A stretch of 64,000 nt of DNA from an uncultured Actinomycetota bacterium (lineage in GTDB: Bacteria > Actinomycetota > Actinomycetes > JAFAQI01). Below are positions 37,812 through 47,778 of the stretch, piece by piece. The notes under the pieces are model-generated. The model was given only the letters and a program-made list of their open reading frames with translations, ran no database searches and was not told the DNA's origin. The translations under genes were made by a program, and so were the position numbers. Each line of letters starts with the position of its first letter. Position 1 is the first letter of the stretch. Location: NCBI GenBank assembly GCA_963770565.1, contig CAVYQE010000002.1, positions 672,001 through 736,000 of the forward strand. The letters run 5' to 3'.

Positions 37812-40800
37812 GTGACCGTTCAACCCGCTCTCCCCGCAACCGCAGACGGCGACCGCAGCGCCGGCTGGCTGCGGCTGATCTGGAGCTTCGTCGGGCCGGC
37901 CAAGCGGCTGCTGCTGGTCAGCTTCGGCGCGGCGCTGCTCACCACCGCGATCATCACCGCGACGCCCCTAGTGTCCGCCATCATTGTCGACCGCGGTCTC
38001 GACCCGCACCACAAGAGCGTGACCGGCTGGCTGGCGGTTCTGTTCGCGCTCGGCGTGCTGCGGTTCTTCGCGACCCGGGCCCGGCGCTGGCGGGCCGGCC
38101 GGGTCAGCTACGACGTACAGTTCCGGCTCCGCACCCGGCTCTACGAGCACCTGGTCGCGCTCGACCCGAGCGCGCTCGACCGGCTGCGGACCGGGCAGAT
38201 GGTGTCGCGGGCGAGCGCCGACCTGACCCTCGTCCAGCAGTTCCTGGCATGGGGGCCGCAGGTCGTGGCCAACGCGCTACAGCTGGTCGCCAGCATCGTC
38301 GCGATGCTCTTCCTGTCCTGGCCGATCGGCCTGGTCGCGCTCGTCACGGTGCCGCTGACCACCTTCATCGGGATGAAGTCGCGGGCCGGTGTCTTCGCCG
38401 CCAGCTGGGACGCCCAGCAGCGCGAGGCCGAGCTCACCAACGGCGTCGAGGAGGCGGTCACCGGTGTCCGGGTGGTCAAGGGCTTCGGCCAGGAAGCCGC
38501 CGAGACCCAGCGGGTCATGGGCGCGGTCCGAAGCATGTACGCCGGCCGGATGCGGGCCGCCCGCCAGCGCGCGTCGTTCACCTCGACCCTGCAGAGTGTG
38601 CCCGCGCTCGGTCAGTTCGGGGTGCTGCTGATCGGCGGCTATCTCGCCCTGCACCACCGGCTCTCGCTCGGTGACTTCCTGGCCTGTACGACCTACCTCG
38701 TCCAGCTCGCCGCACCGGCCCGGATGATCGGCGCGGTCATGGCGCTCGGGCAGCAGGCCCGCGCCGCCGTCGAGCGGCTGGTCTCGGTGCTCGACACCTC
38801 CGCCACGCTGACCGAGTCGCCGACCGCCCGTTCCTTGCCGGCTGGACCGGGTGCGGTCAGCTTCGGCGACGTGTCGTTCCGCTACTCGGCGGACGGGCCG
38901 CTCGTCCTCGACGGTCTCGACTTCGAGCTCGCTCCGGGCGAGGTGGTCGCTGTGGTCGGGCCGTCTGGCTCGGGCAAGTCGAGCCTGGCCATGTTGCTCC
39001 CTCGCTTCTACGACGCGACTGCGGGAGCGGTGCGCATCGACGGCCTCGACGTCCGCGACGTGACCTTCGACTCCTTGCGCTCCCGGGTCGGGATGGCGTT
39101 CGAGGAGGCATTCCTCTTCTCCGACACGATCCGGGCCAACATCGCCTACGGCAGACCGGACGCCACCGAGGCCGATGTGCTCGCCGCGGCCGCGGCCGCA
39201 CAAGCAGCGGAGTTCATCACCGAGCTTCCGGACGGGTACGACACGATCGTCGGCGAGCGCGGGCTGACCCTTTCCGGCGGCCAGCGGCAGCGGATCGCGC
39301 TGGCCCGGCTGCTGCTCGCCGACCCGGAGATCGCCATCCTCGACGACGCGACGAGTGCGGTCGATGCGGCGGTCGAGGCCGACATCCACGCCGAGCTCCG
39401 CCGGTGGAACACCGACCGCACGATCTTGCTGATCGCACACCGCGAGTCGACCGCTCGGCTCGCCGACCGCGTGGTCCTGCTCGAAGCCGGCCGGATCACG
39501 GCGAGTGGCACCCACGACGAGCTGATCGCCGCCAGCCCGCGCTATCGCGAGCTGCTCGAAGCCGCTCCGGTCAGCAGCCCGCTGCTCAGCCCGGTCACCA
39601 GCCGGGCCGACACCCCGCGTCGGCGCGGCGTACAGGCATCTGCCCCGCGCGGCGGACGTCCCGGAGCGGTCGGCCGGTTCGGTGCGACCTCGGGCGCGGC
39701 GAACCGCTGGATCGGACTGATGGCGCCGAGCGCCAACCTGCAGGCCCAGCTCGACGCTTTGCCGCCAACCGTCGACGAGCTTCCGGACGGGCTGATCGAG
39801 GAGGCGGCTGAGGACCAGGCGCCCCTGACCCTGCGACGACTGCTTCATCGCCAGCGAGTAGTCCTCGCCGTCAGCCTCGCCCTGGTCGTCGCCGACGCGC
39901 TCGCGACCCTGGCCCAACCGGAGCTGATCCGGCTCGGCGTCGACAACGGCGTCGCGCGCAACTCGCTGCACGCGCTCTTGTTGGTGTCGTTGGGCTTCGC
40001 GGTGGTGTCGCTGTTCGACTGGTGGGTGATGTGGGCCGGCGCGATCACCACCGGCCAGGGCAGTGAGCGGCTGCTCGCGGCGCTTCGGGTCCGGGTCTTC
40101 GCCCAGCTGCAGCGGCTCGGGATGGACTTCTACGAGTCCGAGCTGACCGGCCGGATCCTGACCCGGGTCACCAGCGACGTCGACACCCTGTCGAGCCTGG
40201 TGCAGAACGGCCTGCTCAACGCGGTCGTATCGATGGCAACCCTGGTCGGGATCGCCGTCCTTCTGCTGGCCACCGACCTGCGGCTCGGGCTGGCCGCGAT
40301 GTCGGTCCTGCCGGTGATGGTGGTCCTGACGATCTGGTACCAGAAGCGCTCGACCGTCGCCTACGACCGGCAACGGGACACGATCGCGACCGTCAACGCG
40401 TCGTTCGCAGAGTCCCTCGCCGGCGTCCGGGTCACTCAGGTGCACAACCGTGAGCGCGTCGACATCGCCAACTACACCGAGCTCGGCCAGGCGAACTGTG
40501 ACGCGGGCCTGCGCGCCCTTTCGATCCAGATCTGGTACGTCGCATCGACCGAGCTCATGCAGCAGTTCGCGACCGCGCTGGTGCTGACGTTGGGGATCGG
40601 GCGGCTGCGCAACGATCCGGGTTTCGCCGGCGTACTGATCGCGTTCGTGCTCTACCTCACGCTGTTCTTCGCGCCGATCCAGCAGCTCTCGCAGGTCTTC
40701 GACTCCTACCAGCAGGCCAGGGCGGGGATGCGAAAGCTCCGGACCCTGCTCAACGAGCCGATCGCGACCCCGACCGCTGCCGAGCCGGTCGACGTCGGTG

Positions 40801-41549
40801 ACCTCGACGGCGAGCTGCGGTTCGAGAACGTGCACTACCGCTATCGCCGGGCCAGCACCGAGGCGCTGCGCGGCGTCGACCTCGTGATCCCGGCCGGCGA
40901 GCGGGTTGCGCTCGTCGGCCGCACCGGCGCCGGCAAGAGCACGCTGATGAAGCTCGCCGCGCGCTTCCACGACCCGACCGAAGGGCGGGTGCTGGTCGAC
41001 GGCCACGACCTGCGTGACCTCGACCCGACGGCGTACCGGCAGCAGCTGGGCTACGTGCCGCAGGAGCCGTTCCTCTTCACCGGGACGATCCGCGACAACG
41101 TCGGCTACGGCCGGCCGGACGCGACCGATGCCGAGGTCGAGCAGGTCTGCCGCGAGGTCGGGCTCGCGACCTGGGTCGACACGCTGCCCGACCGCTACGA
41201 CACCGAGCTCACCGAGCGCGGCCGCTCGTTGTCGGCCGGCCAGCGCCAACTGGTCTGCCTGGCCCGCGCGTTGCTCGTCGACCCGGCGATCCTGCTGCTC
41301 GACGAGGCAACCGCGACCCTCGACCTGTCCGCAGAGGCGGTCGTCACCCGCGCCATCGATGTAGTGGCCCGGGGCCGTACGACGATGGTGATCGCGCACC
41401 GGTTGCAGACCGCGCGGACCGCGGATCGGATCCTCGTGGTGGACGCCGGACTGGTCGTCGAGGACGGCACTCACGACGAGCTGATCGCGGCTGGCGGCTT
41501 CTACGGCAGAATGTGGAACGCCTTCACCGCCGCGTCGCGCGTGGCCTGA
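37812..41549 (+). CDS. Fused (TMD-NBD)2 ABC exporter
   Basis: GPSGSGKS/LSGGQ and GRTGAGKS/LSAGQ with two TM domains. Confidence 0.92.
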   Translation: MTVQPALPATADGDRSAGWLRLIWSFVGPAKRLLLVSFGAALLTTAIITATPLVSAIIVDRGLDPHHKSVTGWLAVLFALGVLRFFATRARRWRAGRVSYDVQFRLRTRLYEHLVALDPSALDRLRTGQMVSRASADLTLVQQFLAWGPQVVANALQLVASIVAMLFLSWPIGLVALVTVPLTTFIGMKSRAGVFAASWDAQQREAELTNGVEEAVTGVRVVKGFGQEAAETQRVMGAVRSMYAGRMRAARQRASFTSTLQSVPALGQFGVLLIGGYLALHHRLSLGDFLACTTYLVQLAAPARMIGAVMALGQQARAAVERLVSVLDTSATLTESPTARSLPAGPGAVSFGDVSFRYSADGPLVLDGLDFELAPGEVVAVVGPSGSGKSSLAMLLPRFYDATAGAVRIDGLDVRDVTFDSLRSRVGMAFEEAFLFSDTIRANIAYGRPDATEADVLAAAAAAQAAEFITELPDGYDTIVGERGLTLSGGQRQRIALARLLLADPEIAILDDATSAVDAAVEADIHAELRRWNTDRTILLIAHRESTARLADRVVLLEAGRITASGTHDELIAASPRYRELLEAAPVSSPLLSPVTSRADTPRRRGVQASAPRGGRPGAVGRFGATSGAANRWIGLMAPSANLQAQLDALPPTVDELPDGLIEEAAEDQAPLTLRRLLHRQRVVLAVSLALVVADALATLAQPELIRLGVDNGVARNSLHALLLVSLGFAVVSLFDWWVMWAGAITTGQGSERLLAALRVRVFAQLQRLGMDFYESELTGRILTRVTSDVDTLSSLVQNGLLNAVVSMATLVGIAVLLLATDLRLGLAAMSVLPVMVVLTIWYQKRSTVAYDRQRDTIATVNASFAESLAGVRVTQVHNRERVDIANYTELGQANCDAGLRALSIQIWYVASTELMQQFATALVLTLGIGRLRNDPGFAGVLIAFVLYLTLFFAPIQQLSQVFDSYQQARAGMRKLRTLLNEPIATPTAAEPVDVGDLDGELRFENVHYRYRRASTEALRGVDLVIPAGERVALVGRTGAGKSTLMKLAARFHDPTEGRVLVDGHDLRDLDPTAYRQQLGYVPQEPFLFTGTIRDNVGYGRPDATDAEVEQVCREVGLATWVDTLPDRYDTELTERGRSLSAGQRQLVCLARALLVDPAILLLDEATATLDLSAEAVVTRAIDVVARGRTTMVIAHRLQTARTADRILVVDAGLVVEDGTHDELIAAGGFYGRMWNAFTAASRVA

Positions 41550-41588
41550 GGGATCGCCGTTGCATCTTCCGTCCTGGAAAGGCAGACC

Positions 41589-42530
41589 ATGCCGCTCGAC
41601 CCGCAGATCGCCGGAATCCTCGCCCTGCTCGAGCAGATGGGCGCGCCATCGGTAGCGAGCGGCACGCCGGAGCAGGCCCGCGCGCTCTTCCGGGCCTCGA
41701 CGGTCGGCTTGCGCGACCCCGCGTCGAACGCGGTCGTTCGCTCGGTCGAGGACTCCACCATCCCTGGGCCGGTCGGCGACATCCCGATTCGGACCTACCG
41801 CCCCGAGGTCGACGGTCCGACCCCGACGATCGCCTTCTTCCACGGCGGCGGGTTCGTGATCGGCGACATCGAGACCCACGACGACCAGGCCCGTTTGCTC
41901 TGCCGCGATGTCGGCATCGTCGTGGTCAGTGTCGACTACCGACTGGCGCCGGAGAACAAGTTCCCGGCCGGGTTTGAGGACTGCCTGGCCGCGACGCGTT
42001 GGGTGAGTGACCACGTCGGTGAGCTCGGCGGCGACCCCGCCCGGATCGTGGTGGGCGGCGACAGCGCGGGCGGCAACCTCGCGGCCGCGGTTGCGCTCGC
42101 GGTCAGGGACACCGGCCCACGGCTGGCCGCCCAGTTCCTGATCTATCCCGGCGTGGACTTCGTCGAGGACGCCGACTATCCGTCGCGGGTGGAGAACGCC
42201 GAGGGTTACTACCTGACCGCGGAGGAGATGACGTGGTTCGGCAACCACTACATCGACCCGTCAACCGACCTCAACGACCCGCGTGCCTCGCCGATCCGCG
42301 CCGCCGACTTGTCCGGGGTCGCGCCCGCAGTGATCGGTACGGCGGAGTACGACCCGCTTCGCGACGAGGGCGAGGCCTACGCCAAAGCGCTCGCCGATGC
42401 CGGCGTCGACGTCAGGTTGCAGCGCTACGACGGCATGATCCACGGCTTCTACGGCCTCGGCGTACACAGCGCGGCCGCAGCTGCCGCGGTCACAGACCTG
42501 AACCGCACCCTGCGTGACCTCCTGAGCTAA
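41589..42530 (+). CDS. HSL-family esterase/lipase
   Basis: HGGG, GDSAGG, DPLRDEG, HGF. Confidence 0.92.
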   Translation: MPLDPQIAGILALLEQMGAPSVASGTPEQARALFRASTVGLRDPASNAVVRSVEDSTIPGPVGDIPIRTYRPEVDGPTPTIAFFHGGGFVIGDIETHDDQARLLCRDVGIVVVSVDYRLAPENKFPAGFEDCLAATRWVSDHVGELGGDPARIVVGGDSAGGNLAAAVALAVRDTGPRLAAQFLIYPGVDFVEDADYPSRVENAEGYYLTAEEMTWFGNHYIDPSTDLNDPRASPIRAADLSGVAPAVIGTAEYDPLRDEGEAYAKALADAGVDVRLQRYDGMIHGFYGLGVHSAAAAAAVTDLNRTLRDLLS

Positions 42531-42532
42531 CC

Positions 42533-43618
42533 GTGGACACTGAGCAACCTTTTGGCGATCACGCCGAGCGAGCCGCTCGCACCTTCGGTGCCGCAGCCGA
42601 CCACTACACGCTGGCGACGCTGGGGTTCTGGGACCGGTTCGGGTCCGCGACCGTGTCGCGGCTGCCGCTGGCCCCAGGGATGGCCGTGCTCGATCTCTGC
42701 TGCGGCGCCGGAGCATCGGCAATACCCGCTGCGCATGCAGTGGGACCAGGAGGGCGGGTGCTCGGTGTCGATCTCGCGGCGCCGCTCCTGGATCTCGCCC
42801 AGGCCAGAGCCGCTCGCGAAGGGCTGTCCAATCTCGAGTTCCGGTGTGGCGATGCCACCCGGACCGGACTGCCGGACGGCAGCTTCGATGCCGTGGTGTG
42901 CGTCTTCGGCGTGTTCTTCGCGCCGGACATGACGGGGTTCGTCCAGCAGATGTGGCGGCTGGTGCGGCCCGGCGGCGTTCTCGCGGTCACCACCTGGGGT
43001 CCTGGCTTGTTCGAGCCCGCCAACAGCTGCTTCTGGAGTTGCGTCGGTGCGCTCGAGCCCAGGTTGTACAAGACGTTCAACCCGTGGGACCAGATCACCA
43101 CCCCTGCGGCGCTGGCCGACCTGCTCGCTCGAGCCGGCGTGCCCACACCTGCCGTAACGGCCGAAGCGGGCCGCCACGAGTTGGATCACCCGGACCACTT
43201 CTGGGACATCGTGCTCGGGTCCGGCTTCCGGGCCACCGTCGATGCCCTCAGCGCGGATCAGCGCGACCAGGTCCGGGCGAACCTGCTCGCCGAGCTTCGT
43301 TCACGTGAGGTCACTGTCGTACGAACCGATGTCGTCTTCGGCACCGCCACCCGCTCACCACGCCGGAACGCACCCTCCGCGGCCCCCGCAAGGCCGGTCG
43401 GTGAAGCTAAGCGCTACATCGCGCTGCGCCGGCGCAGCTTGTCCAGGCGCACCCGCATCGCGTCCAGCGGGCGCTTCGCCCAGGCGTACTCGGTCGCGAG
43501 GACGGCAAGACCGCCGACGATCACCAGCAGCCCAGGACCGGGCAGCACCAGCATCGCGGCGCCGACGAGCAGCAGCGAGACGCCGACCACGGTAATAGCA
43601 GTACGACGAAGGACCTGA
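42533..43618 (+). CDS. Class I SAM methyltransferase (UbiE-like), C-terminal read-through
   Basis: LDLCCGAG, SFDAVVCVFG, LVRPGG; last ~90 aa look non-coding. Confidence 0.75.
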   Translation: MDTEQPFGDHAERAARTFGAAADHYTLATLGFWDRFGSATVSRLPLAPGMAVLDLCCGAGASAIPAAHAVGPGGRVLGVDLAAPLLDLAQARAAREGLSNLEFRCGDATRTGLPDGSFDAVVCVFGVFFAPDMTGFVQQMWRLVRPGGVLAVTTWGPGLFEPANSCFWSCVGALEPRLYKTFNPWDQITTPAALADLLARAGVPTPAVTAEAGRHELDHPDHFWDIVLGSGFRATVDALSADQRDQVRANLLAELRSREVTVVRTDVVFGTATRSPRRNAPSAAPARPVGEAKRYIALRRRSLSRRTRIASSGRFAQAYSVARTARPPTITSSPGPGSTSIAAPTSSSETPTTVIAVRRRT

Positions 43619-44382
43619 CGCATCGTGATTCCTCTCTCGTCGATCAGCGACGCGCCGATCGAGCCAGCCAGGCAGGCCGCGACCGCGGCCGGCGAGACCC
43701 ACGACGGAACGTGGGTGAAGTGCTCCACGGCAAGGTCGGCGCCGATCGCGACGAGCAGAATGCCGATCCCGGCCCGCAGGTAGCGGAACCGCGCCATCGC
43801 GCCGGCGAGGACGACGTACAGCGATCGCAGGCCGAGCACCGCGAAGACGTTGGCCGCGATGATCGGGAACGGTCTCGTCGTGATCGCGAACGCGGCCAGG
43901 ATCGAGTCGGCGGCGAACGCGAGGTCGACGATGACGATCGTGAGCAGGGTCGCGGCCAGAACGTTTCGGCGCAGCCGCTCCGGCATCCACCGTGACGGCC
44001 CGGTCGTGCCGGGCTCCCTCTCCGCTCGCATCATCTGCACGCCGCTCGCGACCAGTACGACGGCGAACCCGAGCAGCACCGCGTGGACCGCGCCCACCAG
44101 CGCAAGGCCTGCGGTGATGAAGACGATCCGCAGCACCAACGCGCCGAGCAGCCCGCCGGTCAGTGCCTTTCGTTCGGCCCGGATCGGCAACGCCGCGGCG
44201 CCGAGAACCGCGGCGAACATCGCCACGTTGTCGAGCGACAGCGCCTTCTCGAGCGCGAGGACCGAGAGGTAGGAGGTCGCGTCCGATCCGCCGCTGACCG
44301 CCCAGACGACCGGCGCGAAGGCCAGCCCGAGCAGCGTCCAGCCGAGGGAGGCCGCGAGTGCCCTGCGGGTAGTGGGTGGCAA
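43414..44382 (-). CDS. TerC family membrane protein with C-terminal PGPGW domain
   Basis: EKALSLDN, DLAFAADSI, ANVFAVLGLRSLY; tail MLVLPGPGLL..LATEYAWA. Confidence 0.8.
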   Translation of the reverse strand: MPPTTRRALAASLGWTLLGLAFAPVVWAVSGGSDATSYLSVLALEKALSLDNVAMFAAVLGAAALPIRAERKALTGGLLGALVLRIVFITAGLALVGAVHAVLLGFAVVLVASGVQMMRAEREPGTTGPSRWMPERLRRNVLAATLLTIVIVDLAFAADSILAAFAITTRPFPIIAANVFAVLGLRSLYVVLAGAMARFRYLRAGIGILLVAIGADLAVEHFTHVPSWVSPAAVAACLAGSIGASLIDERGITMRQVLRRTAITVVGVSLLLVGAAMLVLPGPGLLVIVGGLAVLATEYAWAKRPLDAMRVRLDKLRRRSAM

Positions 44383-44419
44383 GAGGACCGTTTCCCTCCG
44401 GTGCTGCACCAGGCAGCTT

Positions 44420-44516
44420 CCGAAGGTCTCTTCCGCTCAGCCGAACTGAGCCGGTACGCCGGGCCCGGACACCGAGCCGTACTGACGACGCAACCGCGGA
44501 GGAATACTCCCCTTCA
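44420..44516 (-). ncRNA. yybP-ykoY (Mn2+) riboswitch
   Basis: GAAGGGGAGTA...CGTCAGTACGG...CCGGCG...GAGACCTTC directly upstream of TerC. Confidence 0.85.
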
Positions 44517-44586
44517 CGCTCGAGGCTAGCCGGCTCACCTGAGTGTCACCTGTGTGCGCCTTCAGCTCTGCGGCCGGCTCGCGCAA

Positions 44587-44642
44587 CCCCACCGATGGGC
44601 CATCGGTGGGGCTATTGCCCCACCAATGGGCCATGCGTGTGG
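44587..44642. repeat. REP-like palindromic element family C, copy 1
   Basis: CCCCACCGATGGGCCATCGGTGGGGCTATTGCCCCACCAATGGGCCATGCGTGTGG. Confidence 0.8.
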
Positions 44643-44673
44643 CACCGATGTCGGCCAGTTCTCGGTGGGACGC

Positions 44674-45558
44674 TCACCCGGCAAGGAACCCGCGGGCGCG
44701 GTCGGCGATGTGCTCGGCGAGGTCCTCGAGCGGGTCGAGCCGCTCGACGGCGGTCGCCCAGGCCACCCGACCATGGGCCGCCGACCAGCAGTCGAGCGTC
44801 AACGGGCGGGCCCTGATCGCGTCGGGCAATCGTTCGAGCTCGGCGGGCGTGAGGTCGACATGCCGCCGGTAGTACTCCAGGACCGCATCGACGAGCGCGA
44901 GGTTATGGGCACCGGCGGCGTAGAGCAGGAAACCAATAGACCACAGTCGCGGTCCGCGCCCGGAACCGACCCAGTCGACGATGGTCAGGCCACCCTCGGG
45001 AGATCGGATCGCGTTGACGGGAACGAAGTCCGGATGGACGAAACCGTACGGAAGGTCGCCGTAGTCGTCCAAGGCCCGAAGCTCGTCGCCGAGCGTCTGC
45101 CGGGCAGCAGGGTCGCCGTCGGCGTTCTCGACCATCGACAACGCGGCCGCGATCTCGTCGCGAACGGTGCCCTGCGGGACGAGGTGGTGCCAGCCGCCGC
45201 CCGGCGGCATCGTCGTGGCTGCGCGCGCGTTCAACGCCCCGAGCAGGCCGCCCAACCCGGCGAACACCCGCCGAGTCGGTGGTGCGTGCGCACCCGGCAC
45301 GAACTCGGTGACCAGGACCGGGTGATCGTCGAAGACGCTGACCGGCTCATCGTGGGCAAGGCGTTCCGCCGGGAACGGAGTGGCCGCTAGCCGGCGGAGC
45401 GTCTCGGCCGTGCTCGACACAGCCTCGACCGCTTCCGGCGGGAATCGCCGCGCAACCCATGACGGGCCATCGACCCGGAACACCTCGTGATCAAGCTCGA
45501 CGAGACGCTCGACGGGTACGCCGTACCGATCGGCGAGATGAGCCGCCAACCCGTCCAC
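44674..45558 (-). CDS. Aminoglycoside phosphotransferase / kinase-like protein
   Basis: HPDFVPVN and IVDW motifs; start trimmed to GTG 45558. Confidence 0.75.
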   Translation of the reverse strand: MDGLAAHLADRYGVPVERLVELDHEVFRVDGPSWVARRFPPEAVEAVSSTAETLRRLAATPFPAERLAHDEPVSVFDDHPVLVTEFVPGAHAPPTRRVFAGLGGLLGALNARAATTMPPGGGWHHLVPQGTVRDEIAAALSMVENADGDPAARQTLGDELRALDDYGDLPYGFVHPDFVPVNAIRSPEGGLTIVDWVGSGRGPRLWSIGFLLYAAGAHNLALVDAVLEYYRRHVDLTPAELERLPDAIRARPLTLDCWSAAHGRVAWATAVERLDPLEDLAEHIADRARGFLAG

Positions 45559-45747
45559 GCTGAAAGTGTCGCAGTCGGCAGGCGGAACAATCGGTCGTGT
45601 ACCTCGGAAGGTCAGCTCTGCCGATCCGAACCTGGATGACCGGAACCCTGGCCTACCGTCACACATTCTGGGACCACGACGTGGCCGGCTTGCGCGACCG
45701 TCAGTGACCCAATCACGGTGGTGGCTGAGCCGCCGTAGGCTTCGCTC

Positions 45748-46209
45748 GTGTTCGCGTTCCCGGCGTTCGGAGCCTTCTTCGTCTTCTTCGGGCTGATCTG
45801 GCTCGCGGGAGTCGGTGGGTTCATCCTCGGCATCTGCGCGCTGATCAGTGTCGGGCGCACCCCGACCGAATGGTTCGGGCCGTGGTGGGACAACACCAAG
45901 CAGATCTGGATGATCGGGATCGCGGTCGGCTTCGTCATACCGTTCGGCACCTTGGTCGCCGGCTACCTGTGGTTCCACTCCGGCCGGGCCCCGCTGCGGG
46001 CGGGCTACGGCGTCGCGGCTCGGCCGTTCTGGGCCGGCCCGCCGAGGCCGGTGCCCCCACCACCGCCACCGGGGTGGCCCGGCTACAACCCGGGGCCGTA
46101 CGCCCAACCGCCGCAGCAACCGCCGCCGCCGGCGCCGGCCCAGTCTCCGGGCCCGCCCCAGCCGCCGGCACCACCCGACCCGATCGCCCCCACCCCACCT
46201 CCGGTCTGA
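45748..46209 (+). CDS. Proline-rich membrane protein
   Basis: Two TM segments and Pro-rich tail. Confidence 0.6.
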   Translation: MFAFPAFGAFFVFFGLIWLAGVGGFILGICALISVGRTPTEWFGPWWDNTKQIWMIGIAVGFVIPFGTLVAGYLWFHSGRAPLRAGYGVAARPFWAGPPRPVPPPPPPGWPGYNPGPYAQPPQQPPPPAPAQSPGPPQPPAPPDPIAPTPPPV

Positions 46210-46243
46210 AGCCGGGTCGTCTCAGAGCGACGCGGTCGCTACG

Positions 46244-47233
46244 GTGGCCAGCATGTACGCCGTCGAGTGTCAGGGACACGGCGACGTCGACGTCCTGCGC
46301 TGGGAGGCCGTCGACGACCCGAGCCCCGCTCCCGGCGAGGTGCTGGTCGACGTCGTCGCGAGCGCGGTCAACCGGGCCGACCTGTCGCAGCGGATGGGCT
46401 TCTACCCGCCACCGACCGGGATCACCGAGGTGCTCGGGCTCGAGTGCAGCGGCCGGGTCAGCGCGCTCGGCAACGGCGTCATCGGATGGTCATTGGGTGA
46501 CGAGGTCTGCGCGCTGCTGGCGGGCGGCGGACAGGCGGAGAAGGCGGTCGCGCCGGCCGGGCAGTGCATGCCGCTTCCAGCCGGCGTCGACCTGGCGACC
46601 GCCGGTGCGCTGCCCGAGGTCGCCTGCACGGTCTGGTCGAACCTGGTCCTGATCGCCGAACTCCGCGCCGGCGAGGTGCTGCTCGTCCACGGCGGCGCCA
46701 GCGGCATCGGCACGTTCGCGATCCAGGTCGGCAAGGCGCTCGGCGCCACCGTGATCGTCACTGCCGGCAGCCCTGAGAAGCTCGAGCGTTGCCGGGCGCT
46801 CGGTGCCGACCGCGCGATCAACTACCACGACGAGGACTTCGTCGCGGCGGTCCAGGACGAGACCGCCGGCCATGGCGCCGATGTCGTGCTCGACATCATG
46901 GGAGCGGCCTACCTCGAGCGAAACCTGAAGGTGCTCGCGTCGGGCGGCCGGCTGGTCTGCATCGGCATGCAGGGCGGCACCCGGGCCGAGCTCGACCTCG
47001 GCGCCCTGATGCGCAAGCGCGGCACGGTCCACGCCACCTCGCTGCGCACCCGCCCGTTGGCCGAGAAGGCCTCGATCTGCCGAGCGGTGGTCGAGGGCCT
47101 GTGGCCGCTGATCGCCGACGGGCAGGTGGTGCCCGTCATCGGCGCGTCGTACCCGATGGATCGGATCGCTGAGGCGCACACCCTGGTCGCCGAAAGCGGA
47201 CATATCGGAAAAGTACTGCTGACCGTCCCATGA
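46244..47233 (+). CDS. NAD(P)H-quinone oxidoreductase (PIG3 family)
   Basis: VNRAD, LGLECSG, LPEVACTVWSN, HGGASGIG, HIGK. Confidence 0.92.
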   Translation: MASMYAVECQGHGDVDVLRWEAVDDPSPAPGEVLVDVVASAVNRADLSQRMGFYPPPTGITEVLGLECSGRVSALGNGVIGWSLGDEVCALLAGGGQAEKAVAPAGQCMPLPAGVDLATAGALPEVACTVWSNLVLIAELRAGEVLLVHGGASGIGTFAIQVGKALGATVIVTAGSPEKLERCRALGADRAINYHDEDFVAAVQDETAGHGADVVLDIMGAAYLERNLKVLASGGRLVCIGMQGGTRAELDLGALMRKRGTVHATSLRTRPLAEKASICRAVVEGLWPLIADGQVVPVIGASYPMDRIAEAHTLVAESGHIGKVLLTVP

Positions 47234-47778
47234 ATGAGGACCAACCATCGGACGAGGTGGTCCGTCTTAGCAGCGTGGATGTTGCGGTGCTCGGTGCCTG
47301 GGAGGCTGCGGAAGTGGATGCGGCGCAGCCTGCTGACGCCCTGTTCCGCCTCCACTACGCCCCGCTCGCCGGCTGGTGCCGACGGATGGTCGGCGACGAG
47401 GAGGCCGCCCATGACATCGCGGCCGAGGCATTCGTCCGCCTCCTCGGCCGTTGGACGACCGTTACCGACCCGCGCGCCTATCTCTATACGACCGCGCTGA
47501 ACCTGGTCCGCGACCGCTGGCGCCGCAGTGAGCGGGAGCGAGTGGCGCTGCGCAAGACCGTCATGACGATGACGACGGCTGCCGCGCCCGCGCCCGAGTT
47601 GCGGATGGTGGTCGCGAGCCTGCCGAAGCGGCTACAGCAGGTCGTGGTGCTTCACTACTTCGCCGACATGTCCGTTGACGCGGTCGCGCACGCCCTCGGG
47701 GTCGCGCCGGGCACCGTCAAGCGCGACCTGTACGACGCTCGCGCCAAGCTCCACGTCCTGCTGGAGGGGACGCAGTGA
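47230..47778 (+). CDS. ECF RNA polymerase sigma factor
   Basis: AHDIAAEAF region 2; VVLHYFADMS..VA.ALG..PGTVK region 4. Confidence 0.88.
   Translation: MNEDQPSDEVVRLSSVDVAVLGAWEAAEVDAAQPADALFRLHYAPLAGWCRRMVGDEEAAHDIAAEAFVRLLGRWTTVTDPRAYLYTTALNLVRDRWRRSERERVALRKTVMTMTTAAAPAPELRMVVASLPKRLQQVVVLHYFADMSVDAVAHALGVAPGTVKRDLYDARAKLHVLLEGTQ

Noticed and set aside
38277-42248. 1323-aa minus-strand ORF
   Set aside because: Antisense shadow of the ABC transporter and esterase; typical high-GC artefact with no motifs. The same applies to most other overlapping ORFs in the track.
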